From positions 64,001 to 128,000 of the forward strand of contig CAVPQB010000003.1 in NCBI GenBank assembly GCA_963707505.1: a DNA stretch of 64,000 nucleotides, written 5' to 3'. The notes below the pieces were generated by a model. That model saw only the letters and a program-made list of their open reading frames with translations. It made no database searches and had not been told where the DNA came from. Shown one piece after another: positions 21,447 to 32,286 of this stretch. This stretch comes from an uncultured Gemmatimonadales bacterium (GTDB lineage Bacteria > Gemmatimonadota > Gemmatimonadetes > Gemmatimonadales > Gemmatimonadaceae). A program made the translations under genes and the position numbers. The stretch's first letter is position 1. Every line of letters starts with the position of its first letter.

Positions 21447-22617
21447 CTAAACCGCCTTCTTCAACGCCGCCGCGCGATCGGTCCGTTCCCACGTGAACAA
21501 TGTCGCAGCGTTCCGTCCGCGCCCGATCTTTTCCGGCGTCCGGCCAAAGTGCCCGTACGACGCAGTCGGCGTGTAGATCGGCTTGCGCAGATCCAGCGCA
21601 GTGATGATCCCCCGCGGCGTGAGGTCGAACACCTCGTTCACTGCGCGAGTGATCGCGGAATCGGGCACCGTACCCGTTCCGAACGTGTCGACCATCACCG
21701 ACACCGGCTCGCGCAACGCCGATCGCGTACGCGAGCTGCACCTCGCACCGGCGCGCCAGCTTGGCGGCGACGATGTTCTTTGCAACCCAACGCGCCGCGT
21801 AGCACGCCGAGCGGTCGACCTTGGACGGATCCTTTCCCGAGAACGCGCCGCCACCGTGCCGACCCATTCCACCGTACGTATCGACGATGATCTTGCGTCC
21901 CGTGAGACCAGCGTCGCCCTGAGGGCCGCCGATCACGAAACGACCCGTCGGATTGATGTGATACTTGATGCCGCGTCCGCGCATCTCCTTGGGGATGTTC
22001 GGCTCGATCACCTCCGACATGATCGCCTGGCGCAGGCGACGCGTCGATATGTCGTCGCTGTGTTGAGTCGAGACCACGACCGTATCAACCGCGATGGGGA
22101 TGTGATCTTCGTACACGACTGTGACCTGCGCCTTGCCGTCCGGACGCAGCCATTTTTTTCCGCCAGCGCGACGATAGTCCGCAAGCGACTGCGTGATGCG
22201 GTGCGCCAGCTGGATCGGGAGCGGCATCAACTCCGGCGTTTCATCGCTGGCATAACCGAACATCATTCCCTGATCACCGGCTCCGCCCGTATCGACGCCC
22301 TGCGCGATATCCGGCGACTGACGGTCGATGGTGCTCATTACCGCGCACGTCTTGCAATCGAAGCCGAAGGCCGCGTCGGTGTAGCCGATGCGTGCGATCG
22401 TCTCGCGGACGATGTCCGGCACCGGAACGTAAGTATCAGTCGTTATCTCGCCGGCGACGACCGCGAGACCAGTCGTCACCAGCGTCTCGCACGCTACGCG
22501 CGCGGCGGCGTCATCGGTGAGAATCGCATCGAGGATCGCATCGGAAATCTGGTCGGCGATCTTGTCGGGGTGACCTTCGGTTACGGATTCGGACGTGAAA
22601 AGATGGCGTTCGGACAC
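21447..22617 (-). CDS. metK: S-adenosylmethionine synthase, frameshift at ~21712
   Basis: [73 protein letters not shown]. Confidence 0.96.
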
Positions 22618-22711
22618 AATATCATTGATAGGGGCAAGACGGGGATGACCTGCTACCAGCCGATGCGGCGGGAAGGCCGACTATTTCCGTCAAGCCGGAT
22701 GAACGGATGGA

Positions 22712-24514
22712 TCAATCGCCGGCGTCTCCAAACATATCCAGATCACCCTTGACGGGCAATCCGTACCGCAGAAACGGGGCGTCGCCGAAGGCAGATCGGA
22801 TGGCGCTGCGGAGCACCTGCTCCACTTCCTCGGCGGTTCCGGCCAGCATCGCTGAATCAGCCGCGGCACGGGCCACATCCACGCTTATGCCGCGGATGAC
22901 CCGTTTCACCAGCGCGACCGACGGTGCGCCAACGCTCAGCTGGCGAACCCCCAGCCCGATGAGCGCGAACGCCATCAAGGGCTGCGACGCCATCTCGCCA
23001 CAGACAGCCACTTCCAGGCCTGCGGCTGTGCCGGCCTGTACGGTACGCCGGATCAGCCGCAAGACCGACGGATGCAACGGCGTGAAGCGCGCGGCCAGAT
23101 TCACGTTGCCGCGATCGACGGCGAGCGTGTACTGCACGAGATCGTTGGTACCGATGCTGAAGAACGCGACTTCGGGTGCCAGGATGTCGGCACCGATCGC
23201 CGCAGCTGGAGTCTCGACCATCACACCAAGCGGCACATCGCTGCGATGCTCGACACCGCGCGCAGTGAGCTCGTCGGATGCCTCCTTCAGCAGCCGTCGC
23301 GCCGCCCGCACTTCATCCAGCGTCACGATCAACGGCAGCATGATGCGCACGTCGCCGAACATCGCTGCTCGTAACAGTGCACGCAGCTGAGTCTTGAACA
23401 GCTCGGGCTCGTCCAGGCAGACGCGAATCGCGCGCCAGCCAAGGAACGGATTTGCCTCGGTCGCATAACCGCGAATCGGCAGCTTGTCGCCACCAACATC
23501 GAATGTGCGGATTACGACAGGATGTTTCCCGAATGCGCGCACCACGCCCTGATACGCGCGGAACTGCTCGTCTTCGTCCGGCATCGTTGCGCGACCGACG
23601 GCGAGGAATTCGGTGCGCATCAGCCCCACGCCTTCCGCACCGCTTCCAGCGGCGGCGGCGGCCTCGTCGGGCAGGTCCACATTCGCGCGCAGGACGATTC
23701 GCACTCCGTCCAGCGTAACCGGTTCCGCAGTCGCGATCTCGCGCATCGCTGCATCGTCCGACGCGTCGCGCACCGCGCGCTCGGCGTATGCCGCAATCTG
23801 CGCTTCGGTTGGATTCGGAACGACGACGCCCAGCGACCCATCGAGGATTACGCGATCTCCCGGATGCAACTGAGTCGTCGCATCGCGCAGCCCAACCACC
23901 GCTGGGAGACCCAGAGATCGGGCGAGAATGGCAACGTGCGAGGTTCGCGTACCGGCGTCTGTCGCAATGGCCGCTATCGCGTCGCGATCCAGCTGCACCG
24001 TGAGGCTGGGCGTCAGATCGTGTGTGACAAGTATCGCGTTGGAACCCTTTGGCAGATCCACCGGATCGTGATCAGCGAGACCGAGCAACATCGACAACAC
24101 GCGGATGTGAACGTCGGTGAGATCGGCAACGCGCTCGCGCAGCATCTGATGTGTGTGTCGCGCAAAGCTCTGACGCCAGTCCGCCATGACGAGATCGAAC
24201 GCCTTCTCCGCACCGAGGTTCTGATGAATCAGAGAGCGCACGTTGTCCAGCAGCTCGGCGTCGTCGAGCATTGCGAGCTGCACATCGAAGATGGCAGCCT
24301 CCTCCTCGCCGGCGTGAGCGCTGACGCGCTCCCGGATCTGGCCAAGCCGCGTGCGAGCTCGTGCGACCACATCTTCGAATCGAGCGATTTCGGGGCCGAC
24401 CTGCTCGTCCGAGATGATGCGCTGGCGAACCTGCGGTACTTCCCAACGGAGAAGATGTACCGGTCCTACGACGATGCCAGGCGAAGCCGGCAGACCGACG
24501 ATGGGGCGCGGCAC
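22712..24514 (-). CDS. ptsI: PEP-protein phosphotransferase (PTS enzyme I)
   Basis: TSHVAILARSL, GVGLMRTEF, NPFLGWRAIR, FSIGTNDLVQY, VCGEMA. Confidence 0.96.
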   Translation of the reverse strand: MPRPIVGLPASPGIVVGPVHLLRWEVPQVRQRIISDEQVGPEIARFEDVVARARTRLGQIRERVSAHAGEEEAAIFDVQLAMLDDAELLDNVRSLIHQNLGAEKAFDLVMADWRQSFARHTHQMLRERVADLTDVHIRVLSMLLGLADHDPVDLPKGSNAILVTHDLTPSLTVQLDRDAIAAIATDAGTRTSHVAILARSLGLPAVVGLRDATTQLHPGDRVILDGSLGVVVPNPTEAQIAAYAERAVRDASDDAAMREIATAEPVTLDGVRIVLRANVDLPDEAAAAAGSGAEGVGLMRTEFLAVGRATMPDEDEQFRAYQGVVRAFGKHPVVIRTFDVGGDKLPIRGYATEANPFLGWRAIRVCLDEPELFKTQLRALLRAAMFGDVRIMLPLIVTLDEVRAARRLLKEASDELTARGVEHRSDVPLGVMVETPAAAIGADILAPEVAFFSIGTNDLVQYTLAVDRGNVNLAARFTPLHPSVLRLIRRTVQAGTAAGLEVAVCGEMASQPLMAFALIGLGVRQLSVGAPSVALVKRVIRGISVDVARAAADSAMLAGTAEEVEQVLRSAIRSAFGDAPFLRYGLPVKGDLDMFGDAGD

Positions 24515-24781
24515 CTACCGCTCCCCGAACTTTGTGGCCACTAGCTGCGCCAGTGCATCGATCGCGGCATCCGCATCCGGTCCCGTTGCGCGCAGAATTA
24601 TCTCCGAGCCGCACTCGGCGGCCAGCATCATCACTCCCATGATGCTCTTGCCATTAACCTCGAGATCGTCGCGTACGATTGTAACATTGCTGGTGAACTT
24701 GCCGGCCGTCTTGACTATCTCGGCGGCAGGTCGCGCGTGGACTCCGTTCTTGTTCACGATCGTAACCGTTCGCTCCGCCAT
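24515..24781 (-). CDS. ptsH: Phosphocarrier protein HPr
   Basis: MAERTVTIVNKNGVHARPAA (His15) and VNGKSIMGVMML (Ser46). Confidence 0.95.
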   Translation of the reverse strand: MAERTVTIVNKNGVHARPAAEIVKTAGKFTSNVTIVRDDLEVNGKSIMGVMMLAAECGSEIILRATGPDADAAIDALAQLVATKFGER

Positions 24782-25567
24782 CAACGTGCCACCGAGTAGA
24801 GGACAAAAATCGCCAGCACTCCGAGCGCGGCGCGCCAACCCGTTGCACGCGCGCCAAAACGAGCAAGAATGACCGCACCGATCACCGCGACGACTGCTAC
24901 GCCACCGGCGAGAACGCGTCCTGGTCCAATGATGCGCTGCAATGCGAGCGGAAGAATCAGTCCGGCCAGCACCGCTGAAATTCGTGCCAGAGCAGCCGGC
25001 CACTCCCTGAAAAACGGGATTCGCAAGGGCGGGCGCAACACGCATGCCGCTTCTGAGCCCCACACGAAGCCCCCACGCCCTCAGCGCAACATGTCCAACG
25101 TTGTAGACGCCCAGAAAGATACACACCACTGCTAGCGGACCCGCTCCGAGGGCGAACGCGGTCAGAGCAATCAGCGAGCAGAGCGGGAGCCAGCCGGCCC
25201 AGACGAGCTGGTCACCGACGCTGCCAAGCGGACCACACAGGGCGGTCCTGAATCGCTCGATACGGGCTGGGTTTTCGCCATCCAGCTCCGCCCGGGCCAG
25301 CGAACCCACCGCCACACCGGCGAGATACGGATGCGCATTGAAGTAGCGTGCCTGGCGGGCCATCGCCGTGTGATATCGATCTTCAGGTAGATCCTTGAGC
25401 AACGGTTTCATGCTGAACGCGATCCCGTTGCCGAGCATGGTCTCGTAATTCCACGAACCCTGCACGGCGAACAACCGGAGGAACGCGGCGGTGATGGCAG
25501 CGTTGCCGACCGGCGCCGGAGTTCCCGGATCGCGACGCGCCCACTTGTGCACCTGTGGCGCCGTCAT
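24781..25567 (-). CDS. PTS mannose/fructose/sorbose family IID component, frameshift at ~25012
   Basis: QGSWNYETM, YFNAHPY, GPLGSVGDQLVW. The hydrophobic C-terminus lies in the frame of ORF 24781-25065. Confidence 0.88.
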
Positions 25568-26259
25568 TGCAGCAGCAACAGTGCGGTGCCGGCGCCAAGT
25601 CCGAGCACGAAGAGCCAACCTGCGCGCGCCGCGCCGTGCGTGATTGTCCAGATCGCGCCGGCGGCCACGGTCGCCGCAAGCGCGGTCACGACAGCGCGTG
25701 AATAGATCGCATTGACGCCCCAGATCGCAACAATCTCCTGCGACAGCGGAAACAGTATTACGAGCGCAACGAATGTCACGACGAAGCCGCGCACGAGATC
25801 CATCGTCAGGCCGCGCAATTGCAGACTGTCAACGGCCGATGGCGAGCCCGCGTCGATGGCCGTGCGCATCCGTCGCGCCTGATGTCCGTTCCACGTGCGC
25901 ACCCACACCATGCTTCGGCTGCTGAACACTGCGGTTGCGAGCGCCATGAACATCGCGACCGGGAGCGCACCAGCCGCGCCCTGTGGCTGGCCAGCCATCA
26001 CCACTCCACCGACGACGCCAGCGGTTCCCCACTCCGCGTAACGCGATGCGCCGAACGGAAGCGTCTCGAGCGCGATGAGCTCGAGCACCGCACCGATCAG
26101 GAGGCCCGCTGCCGGTCGCCCGACGAACGCGCCGCCAAGTGTGGCGGACACGAGAGGGCGCGAAAACATCATCTGCGGAAAGCTTACCATGTCCAACCCG
26201 ATCACTGCTCCGAGCAGTGATACAGGCACTATGCTGAAGAGGACCGACTCGATTGTCAC
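25564..26259 (-). CDS. PTS mannose-family IIC component
   Basis: QMMFSRPLV..GLLIGAVLELIALETLPFGA, multi-TM. Confidence 0.88.
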   Translation of the reverse strand: MTIESVLFSIVPVSLLGAVIGLDMVSFPQMMFSRPLVSATLGGAFVGRPAAGLLIGAVLELIALETLPFGASRYAEWGTAGVVGGVVMAGQPQGAAGALPVAMFMALATAVFSSRSMVWVRTWNGHQARRMRTAIDAGSPSAVDSLQLRGLTMDLVRGFVVTFVALVILFPLSQEIVAIWGVNAIYSRAVVTALAATVAAGAIWTITHGAARAGWLFVLGLGAGTALLLLQ

Positions 26260-26747
26260 GTCATGCATCCGCGTAGCATCTCTTCCAGCGTGCGACTCGG
26301 CGCGGACGGAACGTCCTGCGCAGTGACGATGACGCCAAGCTCCGCCATGCTGCGCAGATCCTGTTCTTCAGTTTTGGTGAGGAACACGTAGCGCATCTTC
26401 TGGGCGCGGTCCTCGCGATGATGAATGCCGCCCACGTTCACCGACGTGATTGGCAACACCGACGTGCGCGCGAGCTGCAGCATCGCCTCCACGGTTCCCG
26501 TGAGCACCATTCCCGTGCGACGATCAGATGCGTACTTCGCGATCTCCCGCGCCGCGTCGCTCGTCGACGCGAAATAGACGTCCATGCTCGGCGGAACACC
26601 GAGGCGGTAGAGCTCCTGCTCCCAGTCGGATTCTGCGACCACGTCGTCGACCAGAACGATGAAGTCAAGATTTAGTGGCTGCCCCCAGCCAACGACGACC
26701 TGTCCGTGTATCAACCGGTCGTCGATTCGGTAAAGCGCTATTGGCAT
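26256..26747 (-). CDS. PTS mannose-family IIB component
   Basis: RIDDRLIHGQVVVGW, VNVGGIH, AQDVP. Confidence 0.93.
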   Translation of the reverse strand: MPIALYRIDDRLIHGQVVVGWGQPLNLDFIVLVDDVVAESDWEQELYRLGVPPSMDVYFASTSDAAREIAKYASDRRTGMVLTGTVEAMLQLARTSVLPITSVNVGGIHHREDRAQKMRYVFLTKTEEQDLRSMAELGVIVTAQDVPSAPSRTLEEMLRGCMT

Positions 26748-27140
26748 TCAGATCGCGAGGGAAGCAATGGCTGCGCGCCCCTTCTCGACCGCACGTGCAG
26801 TCGATTCACCTGCGGGCATCTGTGCGTCGCAGAATACGAAGTCCATCAGCGCGGCGAGGCTGACGCCAGTGACAACGATGAGACCGGGTGTATCGTGCTG
26901 CACGCGGCGCGCGGCAAATGTCGCGCTGCCGCCGGGAAGGTCCGTGAACACCACGCGGACGCCGTGCAGCGCGAGCAGATCGCGCAGGCCGCTTTCGATT
27001 TCCTCACGCCCCAACCCAAGGTTGGAGAAAGGAATGAGAGCATTGCCGCGTCCCGTAATCTGCTCGACCGCGGAGACCAGACCGCCTGGAAGTGCACCGT
27101 GTCCGGCGACAATCGCGCGCGGCGCGACGTCAGGATCCAT
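26748..27140 (-). CDS. PTS mannose-family IIA component
   Basis: AIVAGHG, VFTDLPGGS, VTGVSLAAL. Confidence 0.9.
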   Translation of the reverse strand: MDPDVAPRAIVAGHGALPGGLVSAVEQITGRGNALIPFSNLGLGREEIESGLRDLLALHGVRVVFTDLPGGSATFAARRVQHDTPGLIVVTGVSLAALMDFVFCDAQMPAGESTARAVEKGRAAIASLAI

Positions 27141-28112
27141 CTACTCGACATCCTCCTGCAGGTAGCGCCGGATCGCCGATGCCTTCTGCATCCGTTGAAT
27201 CAGGCGCTCATTGAATTGTTCCGCCGGATTTATTCCGGAGTAGTGCAGAAGATGGTTCATGGCGATCACCTCCGCTATGACCGTGATGTTCTTTCCCGGA
27301 TTCAGCGGCACGGTGATCTTGGGAATCTCCACGCCGAGTATGCTCGCCTGGGACGTGTCGAGACCCGTGCGTTCCACAGGCGCGTTCCGGTCCCAGGTTT
27401 CCAGATGTACCACGACTTCGATGCGCTTCTGCTGCCGCACCGAGCGAATGCCGAAGATGGACGGGATGTTGATGAGCCCGACGCCCCGAATTTCCATGTG
27501 GTGCGCCGCCATCTCGTGCGCGCGGCCGATGAGCAGGTCGTGACCGCGCCGGGAGACGATTACAAGGTCGTCGGCAACGAGACGATGGCCGCGCTCCACG
27601 AGATCGAGCACGCACTCGGATTTTCCTATTCCACTCGCGCCGGTAAAGAAGAGGCCCACTCCGTAAACGTCAGCGAGCGAGCCATGCAGCGTGGTTGTCG
27701 GAGCAAATAATTCTTCCAGCGCCGGTTTGACGCCACTGTAGAATTGAGCCGTCGATAGCGCTGTCCGAATCAGCGCCGTTTCCGCCTCACGCGCGCGCTC
27801 GCGCAATCCGTCCGGTGGCTCCTGCCCCTTTGTGATGAATACGGCCGGAAGATGAAACGAGAAGAACAGGTTGATGATCTCCTCGCGGCGAACGGGGTCG
27901 AGTGAGTTGAGATAACTCACCTCCGTCTCGCCCAGCACCTGCAGCCGATCCGATACGAAGCGTCCGACGTAACCCGACAGCGCCAGACCGGGACTGGAGA
28001 TTTCCGGTCCCGGTAGAGGGCGCTGGAGTCCCACGCCGCCGCCCAGATCATCGAGTTGCAGCGGGTCGGCGAGCCGCTCAACCAGCTCGCCGACCGTGGG
28101 ATGGCGCGTCAC
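27141..28112 (-). CDS. hprK: HPr(Ser) kinase/phosphatase
   Basis: PGLALSG, HGSLADVYGVG, GASGIGKSE, GHRLVADD, HMEIRGVGLI. Confidence 0.96.
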   Translation of the reverse strand: MTRHPTVGELVERLADPLQLDDLGGGVGLQRPLPGPEISSPGLALSGYVGRFVSDRLQVLGETEVSYLNSLDPVRREEIINLFFSFHLPAVFITKGQEPPDGLRERAREAETALIRTALSTAQFYSGVKPALEELFAPTTTLHGSLADVYGVGLFFTGASGIGKSECVLDLVERGHRLVADDLVIVSRRGHDLLIGRAHEMAAHHMEIRGVGLINIPSIFGIRSVRQQKRIEVVVHLETWDRNAPVERTGLDTSQASILGVEIPKITVPLNPGKNITVIAEVIAMNHLLHYSGINPAEQFNERLIQRMQKASAIRRYLQEDVE

Positions 28113-28423
28113 GCGCGCAGCTCTGCCTCGTGAACCTGCTTCTTCTTCGCAGACTTGAGACGCCGAATCTGCGCGTCCAGCTTGGCGATCGCGTTGGTCA
28201 ACGCCGGCTCGTGATACTTCCCTTCACTCTTGGCGATCAGATTGTCGAAGTGCGGTGCACGTAGCACCAGTTCCACGGTCTTATTGACGCCGTCCTCACT
28301 AACCCACACGTCTGCGTCGACTGGTCTACCGAGATGCTCCATCAACTTCTGAACTCCCTCCGCCGCTTTCACGCGAAGTCCCTCAGTGATCTCAGCCTGA
28401 TGTCCGTGGAATTGGATATCCAT
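28109..28423 (-). CDS. hpf: Ribosome hibernation factor (short HPF/RaiA family)
   Basis: MDIQFHGHQAEITEGLR..AIAKLDAQIRRLK. Typical position next to hprK/PTS genes. Confidence 0.75.
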   Translation of the reverse strand: MDIQFHGHQAEITEGLRVKAAEGVQKLMEHLGRPVDADVWVSEDGVNKTVELVLRAPHFDNLIAKSEGKYHEPALTNAIAKLDAQIRRLKSAKKKQVHEAELRA

Positions 28424-28424
28424 G

Positions 28425-29528
28425 CTACGCTCCCCTGGCTACATGTTGGAGGTGTGCCAACGTCTCTGCCGCTGCGCGTTCCCATGTAAAGGTTTCGGCG
28501 AAGCGGCGCGCGTTGGCTCCTAATGTCGTGACGAGCTCTGGCGAATCAAGCAACCCTCTCATGGCAGCCGCATACGCAGCCACATCCGAACCCGGGACAA
28601 GAAAACCGGTATCGCCATCCACCACCGACTCCCTGATGCCGGGCGAGTCCGCGGCAATTACCGGTGTACCACACGCAGCTGACTCCAAGTTACTGATTCC
28701 CCAGCCCTCTTTGGGAGAGGCAAGAACAGTCGCCCAGGAACGCCGCAGCAGCTCCCGCTTTCCCGCTTCCGTGATATACCCCAAAAACCGAACCCGATCC
28801 TCGATATTGAGTTTTGTCACAAGTGATTCCAGCCTGTCACGATCATCACCCTTGCCTGCAATCTCCAGGCGAGCGTCGCGTGCATCGAGCAATGCGAAGG
28901 CTTTTATAACGAGATCCACCCGCTTGTACCGCTTCAACCGGCCCAGATAAGAGAATAAAGGCATATCCGAACGTATGTTCGGATCCGGCGTGAGGGACTC
29001 TACATCCACCCCGTTGTATATGACCTCGATGCAATCGCCAGGGATGCCGCGAGTTACCAGGTCATCGCGGGTACTCAGGCTCACTGCCTGGAATGCAACG
29101 CCGCGGTAGCCGATGCCGAGTGGCCGTTCGGCGAGCCACGTCGCTGCGGCAACGGGCAGGGACTCCTCGCGAAAGGCGGTTGTGCCGAACAGATGGTGCG
29201 TGATGACCACGAGTTTGCGCGGCTTCCATCGCGGTGTGTAGAGTGGGATCTTGTTCAGATCCTCGACGACGATGTCGTAGGCGTGTTTCGCGACGAGCGT
29301 TTCGTATGCGCGATGCGCGTGTAGCGGAAAGGAGAAGCGCGAACCCACGCGATGCACGTGAATTCCGTCCAGTATTATGTCGCTCGCGGCACCGGCGAAT
29401 CCGCTGCACAACAGATCGACATCGTGACCCTTTCTTACAATGCGGCCAAACACTTCATGGAGATGCAGCTCCGCGCCACCAGCGTGCGGGTTTTCACGAT
29501 CCTGCCAGTTGATGACGAGGATGCGCAA
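28425..29528 (-). CDS. Glycosyltransferase family 4
   Basis: MRILVINWQD..GGAE, YLGRLKRYKRVD, EGWGISNLESAACGTPVIA. Confidence 0.92.
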   Translation of the reverse strand: MRILVINWQDRENPHAGGAELHLHEVFGRIVRKGHDVDLLCSGFAGAASDIILDGIHVHRVGSRFSFPLHAHRAYETLVAKHAYDIVVEDLNKIPLYTPRWKPRKLVVITHHLFGTTAFREESLPVAAATWLAERPLGIGYRGVAFQAVSLSTRDDLVTRGIPGDCIEVIYNGVDVESLTPDPNIRSDMPLFSYLGRLKRYKRVDLVIKAFALLDARDARLEIAGKGDDRDRLESLVTKLNIEDRVRFLGYITEAGKRELLRRSWATVLASPKEGWGISNLESAACGTPVIAADSPGIRESVVDGDTGFLVPGSDVAAYAAAMRGLLDSPELVTTLGANARRFAETFTWERAAAETLAHLQHVARGA

Positions 29529-29531
29529 GGC

Positions 29532-29942
29532 TCAGAGCATACCCTGCTGGCGCGCGTACGCGTCGAGCACTCCGTTCACGAAGCGCGCGCTCTGCTCGCT
29601 GCCGTAACGTTCTGCAAGCCGGACTGATTCCTTGATCACGACGCGCGGAGGTGTGATGCCCTGCAACAGTTCTGCAATCGCAAGTCGCAGCACCGATCGC
29701 TCGATCGCGCCGATGCGGCTCAGCCGCCAGTTGGTCGTTACTGCACTCAACGACTTGTCGATCTCTTCGCCGCGCGCGATCAGGATGCGAACGAGAAAGC
29801 CGGCGAAATGCTGCTCTTCCTGCGATACGACGAGATCGTCCCACACCTGCTGTGCAACGCGATCGAGCGCGGTGCCATCGCGCATGTCCCACGCATACAG
29901 CGCCTGCAGCGCGCGGGAGCGCGCGCGTGACTCAACCCTCAT
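29532..29942 (-). CDS. nusB: Transcription antitermination factor NusB
   Basis: RSRALQALY, NWRLSRI..ERSVLRLA, FVNGVLD. Follows ribH. Confidence 0.95.
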   Translation of the reverse strand: MRVESRARSRALQALYAWDMRDGTALDRVAQQVWDDLVVSQEEQHFAGFLVRILIARGEEIDKSLSAVTTNWRLSRIGAIERSVLRLAIAELLQGITPPRVVIKESVRLAERYGSEQSARFVNGVLDAYARQQGML

Positions 29943-30411
29943 CAGCTGGCTCGATCTGATCCAGGACGTCGGTCGTCTCGAGCGCCGCTACTGCGGCATC
30001 CCAGCCCTTGTTTCCGTGTACCCCACCGGCGCGCGCGAGCGCCTGATCCATGGTGTCGCACGTGAGCAGCCCGAAGCCGATCGGAATCCCTGCATCGATG
30101 CACACGAGCGCGAGACCGCGAGACGCCTCACCCGCTACGAAATCGAAGTGCGGTGTATCGCCGCGGATGACTGCACCGAGTGCGACCAGCGCATCGTAGC
30201 GTCCGCTCTCGAGCGCTCGCCGCGCGGCGAGCGGCAGCTCCCACGCACCGGGCACCCAGACCACATCGATATCGTCGAACGCAACCTCGTGCGCGACAAG
30301 TGCTTCGAGCGCACCATCGACGAGCGGACGCGTAATTGTTTCGTTGAAGCGACTTGCGACCACTACCACACGTCGCCCCGAGCCGCGCGGTGTTCCGTTG
30401 AACTCTGCCAT
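29932..30411 (-). CDS. ribH: 6,7-dimethyl-8-ribityllumazine synthase
   Basis: SRFN, VPGAWELP, GAVIRGDTPHFDFV, NKGWDAA. Confidence 0.96.
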   Translation of the reverse strand: MAEFNGTPRGSGRRVVVVASRFNETITRPLVDGALEALVAHEVAFDDIDVVWVPGAWELPLAARRALESGRYDALVALGAVIRGDTPHFDFVAGEASRGLALVCIDAGIPIGFGLLTCDTMDQALARAGGVHGNKGWDAAVAALETTDVLDQIEPADEG

Positions 30412-30455
30412 TAATTTCGTTTAGGTGCGTTGCACGCAGTTGCAGTGCATTACGG

Positions 30456-31685
30456 TTACGACGCGAGCAGATGCCCGAGCTTCGCCTGCTTGGTCTTCAG
30501 GTAATGCGCGTTTTCACTGGTGGACGGTGGAACTATCGGAACCCGATCATCGACCGCGAGCCCGTATCCTTCGAGTCCGACGAGCTTGCGCGGATTGTTC
30601 GTCAACACGCGCATCGACCGCAGGCCAAGATCCAGCAATATCTGCGCGCCTATTCCATAGTTGCGCAGGTCGGGGCCGAAGCCGAGTGCCTCGTTCGCCT
30701 CGACGGTGTCCTTCCCCTCGTCCTGTAGCTGGTATGCCTTGAGTTTGTTCAGGAGGCCGATGCCGCGCCCTTCCTGATCGAGATATACGATGACGCCACG
30801 TCCTTCCGCCTGGATCATCTCCATCGCGGTGTCGAGCTGCCAGCCGCAGTCGCAGCGCTGCGAGTGAAACACGTCGCCGGTAAGACACTTGGAGTGCATC
30901 CTGACGAGAACGCCCGACTCTCCCACTACGTGTCCATGTACGAGTGCTACGTGCTCGTGTTGATCGACATCATTGCGATAGCCGATGATACGCCACTCGC
31001 CGTGCTTCGTCGGAAGACGCGCCTCCGCAATTCGATGCACCAGTCGCTCGGTGCGCAGGCGGTATGCGACGAGCTGCGCAACGGTGACGAACGTGAGCTC
31101 GTGCTTACGGGCGAACAGCTCGAGCTGTGGTCTCCGAGCCGCGCTTCCGTCCTCGTTGAGTATCTCGCAGATCACACCCGCGGGACGCATGCCGGCGAGC
31201 CGCGCAAGATCGATCGCGGCCTCGGTATGGCCCACGCGTTGCAGCACGCCACCTTCGCGCGCACGCAGCGGAAACACGTGGCCCGGACGTCGGAGATCGC
31301 CGCGCGTCGTGCTCGGATCGACCGCCACTCGGATTGTCGCGGCACGGTCGTGCGCGCTGATGCCCGTCGTGACGCCGAAGCGCGGCGCAGCGTCGATACT
31401 GACCGTGAACGCGGTGCGTTGCTCTTCGGTATTGAAGTCGCTCATCTGCGGAAGATCGAGATGATCGGCGCGCTCGCCGGTCAACGCGAGACAGATGAGT
31501 CCGCCCGCCTTCCGAATCATGAAGTTCACGCCTTCGGCCGTGATGTGTTCGGCGGCGCAGATCAGATCGCCTTCGTTCTCTCGATCGTCGTCGTCAGCTA
31601 CAATGACCATCTTTCCGGCGGCGATGTCGCGCAGCGCTTGCTCGATGGTTCCAAATTTGGGTTCAGGCAACTGGGACTCAGGCAT
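30456..31685 (-). CDS. ribBA: Bifunctional DHBP synthase / GTP cyclohydrolase II
   Basis: [44 protein letters not shown]. Confidence 0.96.
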   Translation of the reverse strand: MPESQLPEPKFGTIEQALRDIAAGKMVIVADDDDRENEGDLICAAEHITAEGVNFMIRKAGGLICLALTGERADHLDLPQMSDFNTEEQRTAFTVSIDAAPRFGVTTGISAHDRAATIRVAVDPSTTRGDLRRPGHVFPLRAREGGVLQRVGHTEAAIDLARLAGMRPAGVICEILNEDGSAARRPQLELFARKHELTFVTVAQLVAYRLRTERLVHRIAEARLPTKHGEWRIIGYRNDVDQHEHVALVHGHVVGESGVLVRMHSKCLTGDVFHSQRCDCGWQLDTAMEMIQAEGRGVIVYLDQEGRGIGLLNKLKAYQLQDEGKDTVEANEALGFGPDLRNYGIGAQILLDLGLRSMRVLTNNPRKLVGLEGYGLAVDDRVPIVPPSTSENAHYLKTKQAKLGHLLAS

Positions 31686-32283
31686 CGACCGTCTCCGTAT
31701 ATGGGGTCAGCAGCCGCCGCACGTACTTCCCGATCATGTCAGCTTCAATGTGAACGCGCGCACCGCGGCGCAGATCGCCAAGAGTGGTGTGACGCAACGT
31801 GAATTCAATGAGCGATATCTGAAGAACGCGATCTGCCGGTAGAGCATTGACGGTGAGACTCACACCATCCACGGCAACGGAGCCGACTGGAACGAACGAC
31901 GCGAACATGTCGGCTGACACATCGACGTCGATTATGAGAGCATCGGCCTCACGCCGTACTTCACGTACGACACCGACCTCATCGACATGCCCCTGGACCA
32001 GGTGCCCGCCGAGGCGGTCGCCGAGTCGCATGGCGCGCTCGAGATTGACGCGCGTGCCGACAGTCCAGCCGTCGATCGCGGTGCGGCCCAGGGTGGTGAC
32101 GATCGCCGCGGCGGTGAACCAGCCATCGCCCGATTCCCGTACCGTGAGGCAGGCTCCGTTCACCGCTATACTTTCACCCGAAACCAGGGATTCGTAACCT
32201 GCACGAATCCGAAACTCCCGACCCGCGTCCGTATCGGCGACGCGATCGACGGTTCCGACCTCATCAATCAGTCCAGTAAACAT
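31678..32283 (-). CDS. ribE: Riboflavin synthase
   Basis: MFTGLI, GESIAVNGACLTV, VNLERAM..GGHLVQGHVD, GSVAVDGVSLTVN. Confidence 0.96.
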   Translation of the reverse strand: MFTGLIDEVGTVDRVADTDAGREFRIRAGYESLVSGESIAVNGACLTVRESGDGWFTAAAIVTTLGRTAIDGWTVGTRVNLERAMRLGDRLGGHLVQGHVDEVGVVREVRREADALIIDVDVSADMFASFVPVGSVAVDGVSLTVNALPADRVLQISLIEFTLRHTTLGDLRRGARVHIEADMIGKYVRRLLTPYTETVDA

Positions 32284-32286
32284 TCT

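Noticed and set aside
22618..22711. SAM riboswitch upstream of metK
   Set aside because: No SAM-I, SAM-II or SAM-SAH conserved motifs recognised by eye. An Infernal scan would be needed to exclude it fully.
24515..25618. Apparent PTS IID-HPr fusion ORF (367 aa)
   Set aside because: Produced by a one-base shift at ~25012. The true IID C-terminus is in another frame and stops at the HPr ATG.
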